DNA of 64,000 nt, taken from assembly GCA_963664405.1 (NCBI GenBank), contig OY761158.1:736001-800000 (forward strand), given 5' to 3'. Numbering within the stretch: the stretch's first letter is position 1; every line of letters starts with the position of its first letter. The notes below the pieces were generated by a model. The model ran no database searches and was not told the origin of the DNA. It saw only the letters and a list, made by a program, of their open reading frames with translations. The translations under genes and the position numbers were made by a program. This DNA is from Thermoanaerobaculia bacterium. GTDB lineage: Bacteria; Acidobacteriota; Thermoanaerobaculia; Multivoradales; Multivoraceae. This document shows, piece after piece, positions 63,234 to 64,000 of this stretch.

Positions 63234-64000
63234 CTAGGAGTGGCGCTTGCGAAACTCGATCATGAAGTGCTGCAAGGCCTCGACACCCTCGAGCGGCATC
63301 GCGTTATAGACCGAGGCACGGATTCCGCCGACTGAGCGATGTCCTCGCAGTTGAGTAAAGCCTCTACGCTGACCCTCTTCGAGGAATGTCTTCTCGAGCT
63401 CGCGCGCCCCCAGACGGAAGGTGACGTTCATCTGCGAACGGCTCTCAGGCTCAGCGTGGCCTTCATAGAAGCCCCCTTCCTGGTCCAAAACATCGTAGAG
63501 GCGCTGCGCCTTCGCTCGATTGTGCTCGGCGAGGGCCTCTAGTCCTCCCATTTCCTTTTCCAACCAGCGCGTGATCAGGAGGAACACGTAAATGGCAAAG
63601 ACCGGAGGCGTATTCAGGAGACTCTTCTGCGCCGCGATCTGTCGATAATCGAGCATGCCGTGGAGGTCGGCAGGGACCTGCTCGAGCAAACTCTCATGCA
63701 CGATCGCCAAGGTCAGGCCGGCAGCGCCGGCGTTCTTCTGAGCACAGGCGAAGAGAAGCCCGTAGCGCTCGATCGGAATCGGCCGCGACAGGAAGTCCGA
63801 CGAAGCGTCACATACCAGCGGCGCTCCCCCGGTCTCGGGCTCCTGGCTCCACTGCACGCCTTGAATGGTCTCGTTGGAGGTGAAATAGACATAGGCGGCC
63901 CCGGGGTCCAAGCTCAGCTCGCTACCGGTAGGGACACGCCGAAAGCCCTCCTCTTCGCCGATCCACGCCAAGTCGACCTCGCCTTCACGGCGGGCCTCCA
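63234..64000 (-). CDS. serC: Phosphoserine aminotransferase (5' end outside the window)
   Basis: SNETIQG, DASS, AQKNAG, NTPP, GHRSVGGIRAS. Confidence 0.95.
   Translation of the reverse strand, partial: EARREGEVDLAWIGEEEGFRRVPTGSELSLDPGAAYVYFTSNETIQGVQWSQEPETGGAPLVCDASSDFLSRPIPIERYGLLFACAQKNAGAAGLTLAIVHESLLEQVPADLHGMLDYRQIAAQKSLLNTPPVFAIYVFLLITRWLEKEMGGLEALAEHNRAKAQRLYDVLDQEGGFYEGHAEPESRSQMNVTFRLGARELEKTFLEEGQRRGFTQLRGHRSVGGIRASVYNAMPLEGVEALQHFMIEFRKRHS

Overview
GC-rich bacterial DNA; the gene content (many Hanks-type kinases, this style of RpoD, AddAB) suggests an Acidobacteriota-like organism, which is inference only. The flanks are ordinary. Left (1-11 kb): esterase, acyl-CoA dehydrogenase, long-form isocitrate lyase, amidase, ArnT-like GT. 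Right (48.8-64 kb): Tat-signal ThDP enzyme plus cytochrome c, DUF167, GT4, addAB, SDR, SPL-like radical SAM, nucleosidase-like gene, GT2, serC. Between them lies a ~35 kb plastic region (~11.3-48.6 kb). Almost every intergenic gap from 15.7 to 47 kb carries one directly oriented 27-bp site, TGTCG-Y-N7-GGYG-N5-CGACA. It is often paired ~66 bp apart with an ATAG..ATA(A)G linker and usually sits just after a stop codon. These sites delimit four full Ser/Thr kinase genes (one a clear kinase/sensor chimera), three 5' kinase stubs, a duplicated DUF1326 module, an extra rpoD, a CHAD gene, a Kef antiporter and a possible tyrosine-recombinase stub. This resembles an integron-like cassette array built on a non-attC site. 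One site is split by an IS1111-type (IS110 family) element whose downstream non-coding region holds a bridge/seek-RNA-like loop with guides matching that site. The IS is itself interrupted by an intact ISL3.
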